IMG/VR virus record: IMGVR_UViG_3300048919_000048
Coordinates: 32,001 to 96,000 of that record
DNA length: 64,000 nucleotides
Source: a virus
Reading direction: 5' to 3' (one strand)
This document shows, piece after piece, positions 35,985 to 44,627 of the stretch (position 1 is the stretch's first letter; each line of letters opens with the position of its first letter). The position numbers were made by a program, and so were the translations under genes. A model generated the notes under the pieces. It worked only from the letters and a program-made list of their open reading frames with translations. It was not told the DNA's origin and ran no database searches.

Positions 35985-37253
35985 ATGTCTGAAGTCAAAG
36001 TAATTACTGCCGTCTATGATGCCATCAACGATGTTAACGTCCACATCGCAACTGGGTCCATTGAGCGTATCGCCATCAAACGTATCAATGCCGACGGCAG
36101 TCCTAAGGTGACCAACATCACCAAGGGTCCAAGCGCTGGTAAATCCATCGTGGCGACCCACCGCGCTTCCATTCTGCTGAAAAATGGTGAAGACCAAGAG
36201 TGGATCAGCTTCGGCACCCACGAAGTCAAAAACCTGAAGTACGAAAACCAGTACCAGATTAAGGTCGATGACAAATGGACCGATCTGAAAGAAGGTATGG
36301 TTATCCGTGTTCCGGTTCAGATCCGTAAGTGGACCGATGCAGAAGGTAAAGAACGTTCCGGTGCGGAAGGTAAAAAGGCGAAGATCAAAATCACCGATGC
36401 TTCTGGCGCTCGTGAACCTCGTCAGGCAAACAACGCAGGAAGCTCTCAGGCGTCCTCTACGGCGTCCAATAGCTCTGGTGGCAAAACCACTAAGGTTTAC
36501 GGAGAAATCCTCTCTCTGAGCGATACAGGTGCTGTGGTGAAGGATGAGAACGGTAATGAGGTCTCCGTTGTCCTGACCAAAGAGCAGATCGGTCAAGTTC
36601 AGGCAGGTGGTCGCTTGGCAGGCCAGCGTGGCGAAGACGGTTCCATCGTGTCCGGTTTCAAAGCATACGGCCCGAAAGGTTCGGCCCCGGCGGGTGGTAG
36701 CCGATCCGGCGGTAAGAAAGATAACTCCGGTATGGAAACAGGTCATGCACTTAACGGTGCCCTTAACCTGCGCCGTAGCGGCCTGACTATCCCTCCGGTT
36801 GTTGAGGTAGCCAAAGTTGTTCATGATGTTACCAAACATCTGAAACTGGATGCGGCGAACAATCCGGCAAACAAAGGTATGTCTGATTACGATCTGGGCG
36901 CGATGGTTGGTCACGCTGTTCTGAACGCAACCCGAGATATTCAGGTTGGTGAAAATGACAATCCGGAAGAGATCACTGGTAAACTGCTGGCATATGCCCG
37001 TGGCCTTATGAGTGAAGTTGTCCCGGGTGTGTCTGCCTACGTTAAAGGTGAACAGCCAAACAACTTGGAGCAGACTGCACAGTCTCAACCAGACCCTAAA
37101 CTGGAGCCAAAAACTGAACCCCAGCAGACGGCCCCAGCAGTAAACGACAACGGTCACCTCGATATGTCTCCTCCGGACATTGATTTCGATGATGACATTC
37201 CGTTTGCCCCGATTTGCCTGATGTATCCTAATCATGCAATCTATGCCTTGTAA
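35985..37253 (+). CDS. Probable single-stranded DNA-binding protein
   Basis: Beta-rich OB-like segments, G/S linker, near-terminal PPDIDFDDDIPF; AAGGAG RBS. Confidence 0.7.
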   Translation: MSEVKVITAVYDAINDVNVHIATGSIERIAIKRINADGSPKVTNITKGPSAGKSIVATHRASILLKNGEDQEWISFGTHEVKNLKYENQYQIKVDDKWTDLKEGMVIRVPVQIRKWTDAEGKERSGAEGKKAKIKITDASGAREPRQANNAGSSQASSTASNSSGGKTTKVYGEILSLSDTGAVVKDENGNEVSVVLTKEQIGQVQAGGRLAGQRGEDGSIVSGFKAYGPKGSAPAGGSRSGGKKDNSGMETGHALNGALNLRRSGLTIPPVVEVAKVVHDVTKHLKLDAANNPANKGMSDYDLGAMVGHAVLNATRDIQVGENDNPEEITGKLLAYARGLMSEVVPGVSAYVKGEQPNNLEQTAQSQPDPKLEPKTEPQQTAPAVNDNGHLDMSPPDIDFDDDIPFAPICLMYPNHAIYAL

Positions 37254-37719
37254 GATTTGTTTTAAGTGCGGGGCTGAAAAGCCCCTCACCGAATTCTATA
37301 AGCATAAAGGCATGGCTGACGGACATCTTAACAAGTGCAAGACCTGTACAAAGAAGGATGTCAGCGAGAACAGGGAAGATAAAGGAGAGTATTACAAGGA
37401 ATACGAAAAATCCCGTAATAAACTCCCGCATCGTGTTCAGGCCAGAAAGGATTATGCCCGAACTGAGGTCGGTGCTAAAAGTATCCAAAAGGCAAAGGAT
37501 TCCTATATCAAAAGGAACCCTAAAATCCGTGCGGCGCATATTGCTGTGGGGAATGCTGTCCGCGATGGTAAGTTGACAAGGGCGTCGTATTGCGATGTGT
37601 GCCGGGAGAATCTATTCACCGAGGCGCATCACTGCGATTACAACAAACCCCTTGAGGTGATGTGGTTGTGCGACAGATGCCATAAGGATTGGCACTTGAA
37701 CAATGACCCGATTTATTGA
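37243..37719 (+). CDS. HNH-like zinc-binding endonuclease
   Basis: CFKC..EKPL.EFYKH..MADGHLNKCK.C; AH.AV.NAVRDG.L...C..C...EAHH.DY.KPL.V.WLC..CH. Confidence 0.85.
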   Translation: MPCKICFKCGAEKPLTEFYKHKGMADGHLNKCKTCTKKDVSENREDKGEYYKEYEKSRNKLPHRVQARKDYARTEVGAKSIQKAKDSYIKRNPKIRAAHIAVGNAVRDGKLTRASYCDVCRENLFTEAHHCDYNKPLEVMWLCDRCHKDWHLNNDPIY

Positions 37720-37756
37720 AAAAGAAAAAGGCACCCAATCGGGTGCCTTTTTTATT
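37718..37756. terminator. Bidirectional terminator between convergent gene blocks
   Basis: AAAAAGGCACCC-AATC-GGGTGCCTTTTTT. Confidence 0.92.
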
Positions 37757-38921
37757 ATACGTTGAACTCAGAAATGTTCTTGAACTTAGGTGAGTCATAA
37801 TGACCTTGGTTGATATCCGCCGTCCCGGTAAAGAACAGGTTGTTATCATAGACCATGAAATGACCGCCGTTCGGGGAACCAAGAGCGCCACCGTCAGGAT
37901 GAATGGTGATCTGATTGATCTTGGTTACATCCCATTCCCCTTGGAACATGAATGTCGGCTCCATCGGGGTGGTGTTTACAAGACCATCCGGTGTACCCTG
38001 AGGTCCGGTCCCATAGCCATACAATTTACCATCAACAGAGAAGAAGTTCGCAAAGTAACCCGTCGGCACCATGTAGCTGGTGAACCCCGCTCCGAATTTG
38101 GTTGTCTCCTTCCCGTAAGCTGAGTTACTCAATACCCCGATAGAGTAGATCATCTTGGTGGTAGGATCAGACGACATATACCCAATGAAGATCGTCAGTT
38201 CACCAAAGCAGATCATGTCCTCGATGAAAAATCCGGCGGGGGTGTTGATGAGGCGGAAGTTCGGTGATACGTCGGTGCTGCCATTGCCCAATACGTTACC
38301 AGGGAGTCCAGCAGCGTATGCAAGGCCCGTTGCGGAGTTCAGGTATACAGTACGAGACTCGATCACAGAAACACGCTTGACGGTGTTCTGGATGATTGTC
38401 GGGGTGGCATAGGATGTTGTCAGGCTACCCTTCCCCATACAGCCGTTGGCATTGATACCAGAACCAAACATACGCCCATCATTAAGTAGCCACATGGTGG
38501 CCCCAGGACCTCCGTGAACATCCTTGATCGTCGTCATGTCCAAAGTGGAGGTGATGGTGGATGGCAAGGCTGTCCAGTTAGGGACGTCAGATCCGATCCC
38601 CGTCAGCCCCGGCTGATAACCTGCAAATTTCCAAGCTCCTCCGTTATCCTCCGTCACAAAGCATTGACTCGCCCCGAAAACACGTTTAATGTTGGTAGCT
38701 GTCTTGTACCAAGTGTTATTGTTTGGTGTCAGGGTTCCATCACCAAGCTCCCCGTGGAGATTGTCGCCTTGAGTGTAGAGATCGCCATTGGTCAGCAGTA
38801 CGGCTACCGATTTTTTGTATCCATTGGTGACGTACCAAGTCGAAGCCACAGATTTTACAATGCCCGGCGGAAGCGGCAACTTCTTACCACCAGTTAGTGT
38901 CAGTGCAGGAATAGGGAACAT
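37755..38921 (-). CDS. RCC1/BLIP-II-like beta-propeller, putative tail-fibre tip/receptor-binding protein
   Basis: VLLTNGDLYTQGDN.HGELGDG and LLNDGRMFGSG.N.NG.MG.G repeats; GGAGG RBS; follows fibre gene. Confidence 0.75.
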   Translation of the reverse strand: MFPIPALTLTGGKKLPLPPGIVKSVASTWYVTNGYKKSVAVLLTNGDLYTQGDNLHGELGDGTLTPNNNTWYKTATNIKRVFGASQCFVTEDNGGAWKFAGYQPGLTGIGSDVPNWTALPSTITSTLDMTTIKDVHGGPGATMWLLNDGRMFGSGINANGCMGKGSLTTSYATPTIIQNTVKRVSVIESRTVYLNSATGLAYAAGLPGNVLGNGSTDVSPNFRLINTPAGFFIEDMICFGELTIFIGYMSSDPTTKMIYSIGVLSNSAYGKETTKFGAGFTSYMVPTGYFANFFSVDGKLYGYGTGPQGTPDGLVNTTPMEPTFMFQGEWDVTKINQITIHPDGGALGSPNGGHFMVYDNNLFFTGTADINQGHYDSPKFKNISEFNV

Positions 38922-38930
38922 AAAACCTCC

Positions 38931-38959
38931 AAAAAGAAAGCCGCCCGGAGGCGGCTGTA
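38931..38959 (-). terminator. Rho-independent terminator; 29-bp near-duplicate of 57469-57497
   Basis: AGCCGCC-TCCG-GGCGGCT TTCTTTTT on minus strand. Confidence 0.85.
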
Positions 38960-40687
38960 TTATCTGCGGCTGGTAATGACGGTGTCAATGACCTGGTCTT
39001 TACCACGATACAGCAGTTGAACGATAGTGGTCCCGCTTGCAGATGTGTCGAAATCACCGTCGCCGATCTTGACGAATTCCGGGCTGAACGTAACAGTACG
39101 GCCCCCGGTTGTGTCCTGAGTGAAGTACATCAGGATTGTGCCGCCAACGCCCCCGGTAAACAACCCGACAGGAGGCTTGACAAGGACGTTGCGATCAACG
39201 AGAATATCATAAAGGCTTGACGTGCCATCTGGGGTAAACTCAGAGCTTGTCAGGGCGATCAGTTTTGGTGGGATGTTGAAGAGGTCTGAGGTGACCTTAT
39301 CAAATTCCGCCGTCGTCCCGGTTGTTGCTCCGGTCACTGTCATACTCGTCGTTGTCACAGAGTGAGGGAGAATGTCCTTCCCATCAACAGACAGGTCGAT
39401 ACCTGTAACCGTACCAGTGACCACAAGATCCTTGACGGTAGTGGTTCCACCAACGGAGATGTTGCGAGTTACTGTTGCGTCAACACCCACGGTCAGGTTT
39501 GTGCCGACGTTAACTTCATTGTTTGTCACAACAGAGTTAGGGCGGATATCTTTACCATCGACATTGACGTCAAGTCCAGTAACCGTTCCGGTAATAACAA
39601 GGTCTTTGACCGTCGTCGTCCCGGTTGCGGTGATGTTCTTGCTGTTGACGAATTCAGATGCCGTAACAGAACGAGGGCGGATATCCTGACCATCGACGTT
39701 GGCAACAAAACCTTCAAGGTTGTTAACACGAAGGGTTCCGATTTCAGCAATACCATCAACAATCAGTTGTGGCTTCGGATCGTTAACCGGATCGCTGGTT
39801 GTACCTGACAGGTGCAGGTAATCACCCGCCGCATTCCCTTTCAGGTCTACAGACACGCCCCCGTTGTTAATGTCCCCAGCCGTCAACGTAGTGAAGTTTG
39901 CCACATCGGTACGGATTGTCCCAGTGGAAATCTCAAACGGCGTCAGGCTTGTCTTACGGGTGATCCCAACAGGGAACGGGGCCGTGGTGGTGAAGTTAAC
40001 ATAAGATGCAGAAGATGGCAACTCAATTTGACGAACACGCAGCAGGGCGTTGAGTGCGTCGATAGCTGACCCTGTGCTGGTGATCTTGCCAGTGACATCA
40101 AGATCTTTCGTAGTCGTTTTGTTGCGGACGTTGATGTTCTCAAAATCACTGTCACTCCCGATCTCGCCGATCTGCTGGCGAAGGACATCCAGTTCCGTTT
40201 GCACCCACTGGGTGTTAGGGATGGTCTGGGAGTTATCGCCCGCCGCCGGGGTAGGTGTGCGGGGGTTACCCCGGAAGTTCGGAGACTGGATCGGGGCGTA
40301 GATGTCCGCCATATTGGTTCGGTCAAGGAAGACTTTGAACTTTTTGTTGTTGGCAGGGTCATCCGTCATCACCGCTGGGTTTGACGTTGTCGCCGAAGGT
40401 GCATACCACCAAGCGGTCAGGCCGTTACTGTCGGTGAAGGTATAAAGCTGGTTGTACTCGGTGACGGAGCCACCATTGCGCCATGGCAACGGCGGGGTCT
40501 TGAAGTACAGGTTGTCCAAAAGTGCTTTACGGACAGAGGGGATTAGGCTACCATCTTCAGTTGTGGCCTGAGCAGTGCCATCCCCGTTGACTACGATGTG
40601 GAGGCGCTTGGAGTCCTCGATGATCTGATCAACAGCCTGATCAGCCTCAGAACTCAGCAACGCGATGATGTCAGTATTTGATGACAC
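38960..40687 (-). CDS. Tail fibre protein
   Basis: SPNFRGNPRTPTP.AGDNS..I.NT.WV motif; three VDG.DI.P.SV repeats; C-terminal QDTTGGRTVTF domain. Confidence 0.85.
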   Translation of the reverse strand: MSSNTDIIALLSSEADQAVDQIIEDSKRLHIVVNGDGTAQATTEDGSLIPSVRKALLDNLYFKTPPLPWRNGGSVTEYNQLYTFTDSNGLTAWWYAPSATTSNPAVMTDDPANNKKFKVFLDRTNMADIYAPIQSPNFRGNPRTPTPAAGDNSQTIPNTQWVQTELDVLRQQIGEIGSDSDFENINVRNKTTTKDLDVTGKITSTGSAIDALNALLRVRQIELPSSASYVNFTTTAPFPVGITRKTSLTPFEISTGTIRTDVANFTTLTAGDINNGGVSVDLKGNAAGDYLHLSGTTSDPVNDPKPQLIVDGIAEIGTLRVNNLEGFVANVDGQDIRPRSVTASEFVNSKNITATGTTTVKDLVITGTVTGLDVNVDGKDIRPNSVVTNNEVNVGTNLTVGVDATVTRNISVGGTTTVKDLVVTGTVTGIDLSVDGKDILPHSVTTTSMTVTGATTGTTAEFDKVTSDLFNIPPKLIALTSSEFTPDGTSSLYDILVDRNVLVKPPVGLFTGGVGGTILMYFTQDTTGGRTVTFSPEFVKIGDGDFDTSASGTTIVQLLYRGKDQVIDTVITSRR

Positions 40688-40699
40688 GAGAATCTCCTC

Positions 40700-40963
40700 T
40701 TACTTTGAATCTTCGTTGTTGGAAACTTCAGCCTCTTTCTTGGCAATACCCCAGCGAAGATTGATGAGGTCACTCAGAAGGTGCGGTGCTACTACGGTAG
40801 GGGCATACACCCAAACGTACCACTCTGGGAGAGTGTTGCTGAAGCCGTACCAGAGGAAAACTGCCGTCATAGCCGCCATGCCGATGTTTGACCAAAACTT
40901 TGTGTGAGAAGCTTTGTCAGGTTCAATCGGGGAGGTTACGAGGTCTTTCAAGAATTTTAGCAT
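40700..40963 (-). CDS. Putative holin
   Basis: 87 aa; two TM segments; charged C-terminal tail; SHTKFWSNIG. Confidence 0.55.
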   Translation of the reverse strand: MLKFLKDLVTSPIEPDKASHTKFWSNIGMAAMTAVFLWYGFSNTLPEWYVWVYAPTVVAPHLLSDLINLRWGIAKKEAEVSNNEDSK

Positions 40964-40986
40964 AGAACACCTTCATTATCAATGCG

Positions 40987-41445
40987 TCACACCAGATGGG
41001 CAACAAGGACAAATGCCAGAACTGAACCCGTTCTGAGCCATTCGGATACGGTATTGTCCTTCCAGGAGTAAACGAAGATGAATACCTCAATGAAGTATCT
41101 ATGAGCATCCTGTACTGCGAAGGAGTAGATCCAATCTGGGAAAAAGATCGGGTATTGGATTGCGAATACTTGTACCAGCATCATAGGCACTGCCAAAGTC
41201 AAAATGGCGATTTGACGATACCCTCGGACAAAGAGTGCCACGGTAAATAAAAGTATTGAATCCAATGCCCAAGCTGTGGTAAAGTACAGCGTAATGTCGA
41301 AGAACTCGGCCCCGCTGAAAAACCAAAACATCAGGTTTTCAAGAACAAGGTAGGCGAGGCATAGCCCCGCCATTACCTTGGCCCCGGCATCCGGGCGGGT
41401 TGCCAGGATGACGAAGCAGAGTCCAAAGATAATGGACGTGATCAT
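40987..41445 (-). CDS. Multi-pass membrane protein
   Basis: Several hydrophobic segments; AT-richer. Confidence 0.75.
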   Translation of the reverse strand: MITSIIFGLCFVILATRPDAGAKVMAGLCLAYLVLENLMFWFFSGAEFFDITLYFTTAWALDSILLFTVALFVRGYRQIAILTLAVPMMLVQVFAIQYPIFFPDWIYSFAVQDAHRYFIEVFIFVYSWKDNTVSEWLRTGSVLAFVLVAHLV

Positions 41446-41780
41446 TTGTTTCGACGGCTCTCCAGCATTACGTTGAGTACGGAGCGGATGTCTTTCTGAA
41501 GAGCGTTGTTCTCTTCTTTCGCTTCCTTACGCATGTCGTTAATGTCGGAGCGGATGTCGGTGATAGTGTCGGTGAGATGCTTGATCTTACGATCGAGAAT
41601 ATCATCAATACTATCCTTACTGACCATGCTTTCACGCAGCCGGATGATGTCTTTTTCAAGAGCATCCTGCTTTTCCTGCATTTTCTTAAAGTCTGAGTAA
41701 AAGATTTTGAGTACCCCCAACAATAGGAAAGTCACCAAACCCCAAAGAGACTTCAGAATCAACATAATATCAAGAGCCAT
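41442..41780 (-). CDS. Single-TM coiled-coil protein (lysis-associated?)
   Basis: AGGAG RBS; TM followed by heptad repeats. Confidence 0.7.
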   Translation of the reverse strand: MALDIMLILKSLWGLVTFLLLGVLKIFYSDFKKMQEKQDALEKDIIRLRESMVSKDSIDDILDRKIKHLTDTITDIRSDINDMRKEAKEENNALQKDIRSVLNVMLESRRNK

Positions 41781-41821
41781 GTGTCTTCTCCTGGGGCCGA
41801 GCAAGTGCCCGGCCTAAAAGG

Positions 41822-42337
41822 TTATGCAGTGGTGAATTCGGACCAGTCAACATCCCCTGCCGGGGTGTCGTCAGAAATCCGGTTTAGTTTAATACGAAGC
41901 TTGCGGAGAGCGTTGTATTTCTCAACCTCCTCGTCCGTAGCATCGCCCAAATCGACTGCATCCTGGAGAGGAACAATCAGATAGTTCAGCTTCTTGTAAG
42001 CCTCCTCCTTTCTGACAGATGTTGGGACCGATGGGTCAACATCCACCTGGTAGAGTTTCTTACCGTCGTAGATCCAAGTCTTGTCGAAAAGATTGAAACC
42101 TTCCGGCAGGACGTTAATATCCACAATGGAGAGTCCATGGGGCTGAGTAAAGACAAGATTCTTAGACTCAGTTGCACAACGAACGACCCCGAAGCTGTCA
42201 AACAAAACAACGTACTTCTTCGTGAATTTTGAACGTGTCTGGTAAAAGTCACGGCCCTTATCGTCACAAAGATACTGGATGCCCTCCCCGAAGGATTTCT
42301 CCTCCGGGTCATATGGGCGAATGTTATTCATTCGCAT
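41822..42337 (-). CDS. Tail fibre assembly chaperone (Tfa-like)
   Basis: YL.D..GRDFY, IVPLQDAVDLG.AT.EE...LNRI...DW. Confidence 0.9.
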   Translation of the reverse strand: MRMNNIRPYDPEEKSFGEGIQYLCDDKGRDFYQTRSKFTKKYVVLFDSFGVVRCATESKNLVFTQPHGLSIVDINVLPEGFNLFDKTWIYDGKKLYQVDVDPSVPTSVRKEEAYKKLNYLIVPLQDAVDLGDATDEEVEKYNALRKLRIKLNRISDDTPAGDVDWSEFTTA

Positions 42338-42340
42338 TTA

Positions 42341-43963
42341 TTAGCCCTCGACAATTACCCATTCACCATTCACCTGCTTCAGAAGCGCCTTAAACTCGAT
42401 GTACTCGGCAGACTCTTTCTGGCGGACGTAAGTTACAACACAACCCGGAGGTGCCTGCAATGGGTCACCACGCTGCTGTACGCCGAGCTTGATGTCTTCC
42501 AGTGTCGGGGTAACAACCTCAGGGACAATCGTCACGGCACGAGTGGTAGAAACACCAGACAGTGTTCCTCGGACGGTGATTGTCGCTGTGCCCGGAGACA
42601 CACCAGTAACATACCCGGCGCTGTTCACAACAGCCACCCCGGCATTACTGGTCAGGTATTGCAAAGGTTCAGTCGCGCTGCTTGGGGTTCTGTTTACCGT
42701 CAACATCTTAGACTCATCGACCTGGATGTTACCCGGGTCTGCTACAGACAGACCTGTCAGGACTGAGTAGCTCGTAACTTGGATAACGGAGTTCATCCCG
42801 GTGGAGATGGATGCGATGATGTTCGTCGTGCCAGCACCAACCAGAGTGATCAGGCCGGAAGAGTTTACTGTCGCCACCGCAGGGTTCTGGCTGGTCCAAG
42901 TGACCGGGTACTGACCTGCAATTGAGGACGGCAGGACGTTGGCTGTGGCCTGCACGGAGTAACCAACACGGTTGCTGATGGTGTCTGGAGAAACCACGAT
43001 AGCCGTTGGTGACTGACCACCAGAGCTTTGCGCCTGATCCGTCTTGATGATATACATCACGGCGGCGTTCTTAGGACGGGTTTCCACCCCACCTTCGCTC
43101 ATGGCTTTAGTTGTGGACAGCGGCAAGCGGATAATGTAGTTATCGCTCTTGTTAGCACCACTAAGTTCATACCCAACAGTCCCCGCCGGGTACGGACCAG
43201 AAATGATGGAAGCACCTGCCGGAATACTGGCATTCTGGTACACCATCTGGAGGTAGTGCTCGTGAGCTTTCAGGGAGTCATCCTGAATAGATCCGAGACC
43301 ACGGTTAGGTTGCTCGTCGTATGCCGGGGAACCATGTGCCCAACCACGCAGGAACAGGCCACGGTAATCTGGGACAGTGTTGCGTCCGAGAACACCATAA
43401 AGCTTAGGGTTCTGTCCGGTGTTAAACACCTGACCGTTACACTCCAGCCACCCGTTTGGCGGGGTTGCACCAGGCCAAGGGATGATAGCGCCGATCGGAA
43501 CAAGACGAGGCTCAAGCTCGTCAATACGCCCGTTTACCTGTGCAATGGCAGAATCAAAGTCTTGACGCAGTTGAGTCAGATCGTTTCGAACACCTTGGAT
43601 CTCGTTCTTCAGTTCAAGAACTTTCTGGTCCACATAACGCTTCAGATCAGCAACACTCTGTTGGAGGTTGGTGATATCTTGACGAATAACGTTCAACTGC
43701 TGGTTAATGCGGGCTTCAAGTTCTTGCAGCAAGCGGGCAATTTCAGCCTCAAGCTCAGGGAACTTCTCATTAACAATCCAGTCGATCCACCCGGAGGACT
43801 GGTTGAGGATGTAGTTGAATTCCTCAGTGGCTGGCTTCTGTCCTTTATCATAGCCTTTGTCGAGCAAGTCGTCAATAGGCTTAGATTTGTTTGGTTTGCC
43901 AGTTCCCGGAAGGTTTACGTCCTCACGTGCCCAGACGTAAATTGGGTCCGTTGGTCTAGCCAT
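42341..43963 (-). CDS. Tail fibre protein with collar domain and two Ig-like (Big_2) domains
   Basis: VPIGAIIPWPG..PP.GWL.CNGQ...PDYRG.FLRGW...ETRPKN.A.MYIIK; VTWTS.NP.VATV...G. Confidence 0.9.
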   Translation of the reverse strand: MARPTDPIYVWAREDVNLPGTGKPNKSKPIDDLLDKGYDKGQKPATEEFNYILNQSSGWIDWIVNEKFPELEAEIARLLQELEARINQQLNVIRQDITNLQQSVADLKRYVDQKVLELKNEIQGVRNDLTQLRQDFDSAIAQVNGRIDELEPRLVPIGAIIPWPGATPPNGWLECNGQVFNTGQNPKLYGVLGRNTVPDYRGLFLRGWAHGSPAYDEQPNRGLGSIQDDSLKAHEHYLQMVYQNASIPAGASIISGPYPAGTVGYELSGANKSDNYIIRLPLSTTKAMSEGGVETRPKNAAVMYIIKTDQAQSSGGQSPTAIVVSPDTISNRVGYSVQATANVLPSSIAGQYPVTWTSQNPAVATVNSSGLITLVGAGTTNIIASISTGMNSVIQVTSYSVLTGLSVADPGNIQVDESKMLTVNRTPSSATEPLQYLTSNAGVAVVNSAGYVTGVSPGTATITVRGTLSGVSTTRAVTIVPEVVTPTLEDIKLGVQQRGDPLQAPPGCVVTYVRQKESAEYIEFKALLKQVNGEWVIVEG

Positions 43964-43973
43964 TAAAATCTCC

Positions 43974-44618
43974 TCAGTTGAAGGCCCAGTCTTCTTCGTC
44001 GTCAGAAACGTACACGAGGGTGGACATACCACCCGCACCAGTGCGTTCTTCGTCGTAGACCGATGCGAATCCGAATGCCTGAGCATCCCCGCTGAACCCG
44101 AATGGATAACCTTGGTTCTCAACCACACGGAGGTGAGTCACCAGAGGTAGCATGTCAATGATTTCCGGGAGGATATCCGTGACTTCCATACAGGTATTGA
44201 AAATGTTAATATCGAGACGGTAGTTGTAGCCTTTGTAGGTTGTAACTCCGTCTTCCCCAAAGAGTTGCTTCAGGGTGGCGATGATGTCTGCACGGGTCCC
44301 GCTTTTGGAGTTGTTCCCGGTCAAGATCATGATCACAGCGCGATATTCTGGGTCATTCAAACCGTTACGGTAAATGCCCAATTGTCTGCCGATTTCATCA
44401 AGGATGGCGTCTTCAGCGTTCAGCGTGGTACGCAGTTCTGCAAGCTCGACCATCTTCTTGTCGATATATTCAAGGCGTTCCAGCAAGATCCGTAGAGTCT
44501 TCTCGAAGTTTTCTTTGCCGTCGAAGATACCGGAAGGGAGGTAATCAATACCCCCCTGCACGAAATCCGGCAGAGGGTGGATGTGGTTAACATCCTTCAG
44601 TACAACTTCCTCTGCCAT
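43974..44618 (-). CDS. Baseplate wedge subunit
   Basis: A....LDEIG..LG..R.G..D..YR; follows baseplate J. Confidence 0.8.
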   Translation of the reverse strand: MAEEVVLKDVNHIHPLPDFVQGGIDYLPSGIFDGKENFEKTLRILLERLEYIDKKMVELAELRTTLNAEDAILDEIGRQLGIYRNGLNDPEYRAVIMILTGNNSKSGTRADIIATLKQLFGEDGVTTYKGYNYRLDINIFNTCMEVTDILPEIIDMLPLVTHLRVVENQGYPFGFSGDAQAFGFASVYDEERTGAGGMSTLVYVSDDEEDWAFN

Positions 44619-44627
44619 TTTTACTCC

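Noticed and set aside
35964-37289. 441-aa antisense ORF
   Set aside because: Mirrors the SSB-like gene almost exactly; codon-bias artefact.
43028-43966. Plus-strand ORFs inside the structural block (also 50397-51152, 60449-61237, 61439-62347)
   Set aside because: Antisense to well-supported structural genes.
42341-44128. Longer ORF-track starts (44128; also 59561, 53201, 8873, 7740, 18858)
   Set aside because: They overlap upstream genes or terminators; downstream starts have clear RBSs.
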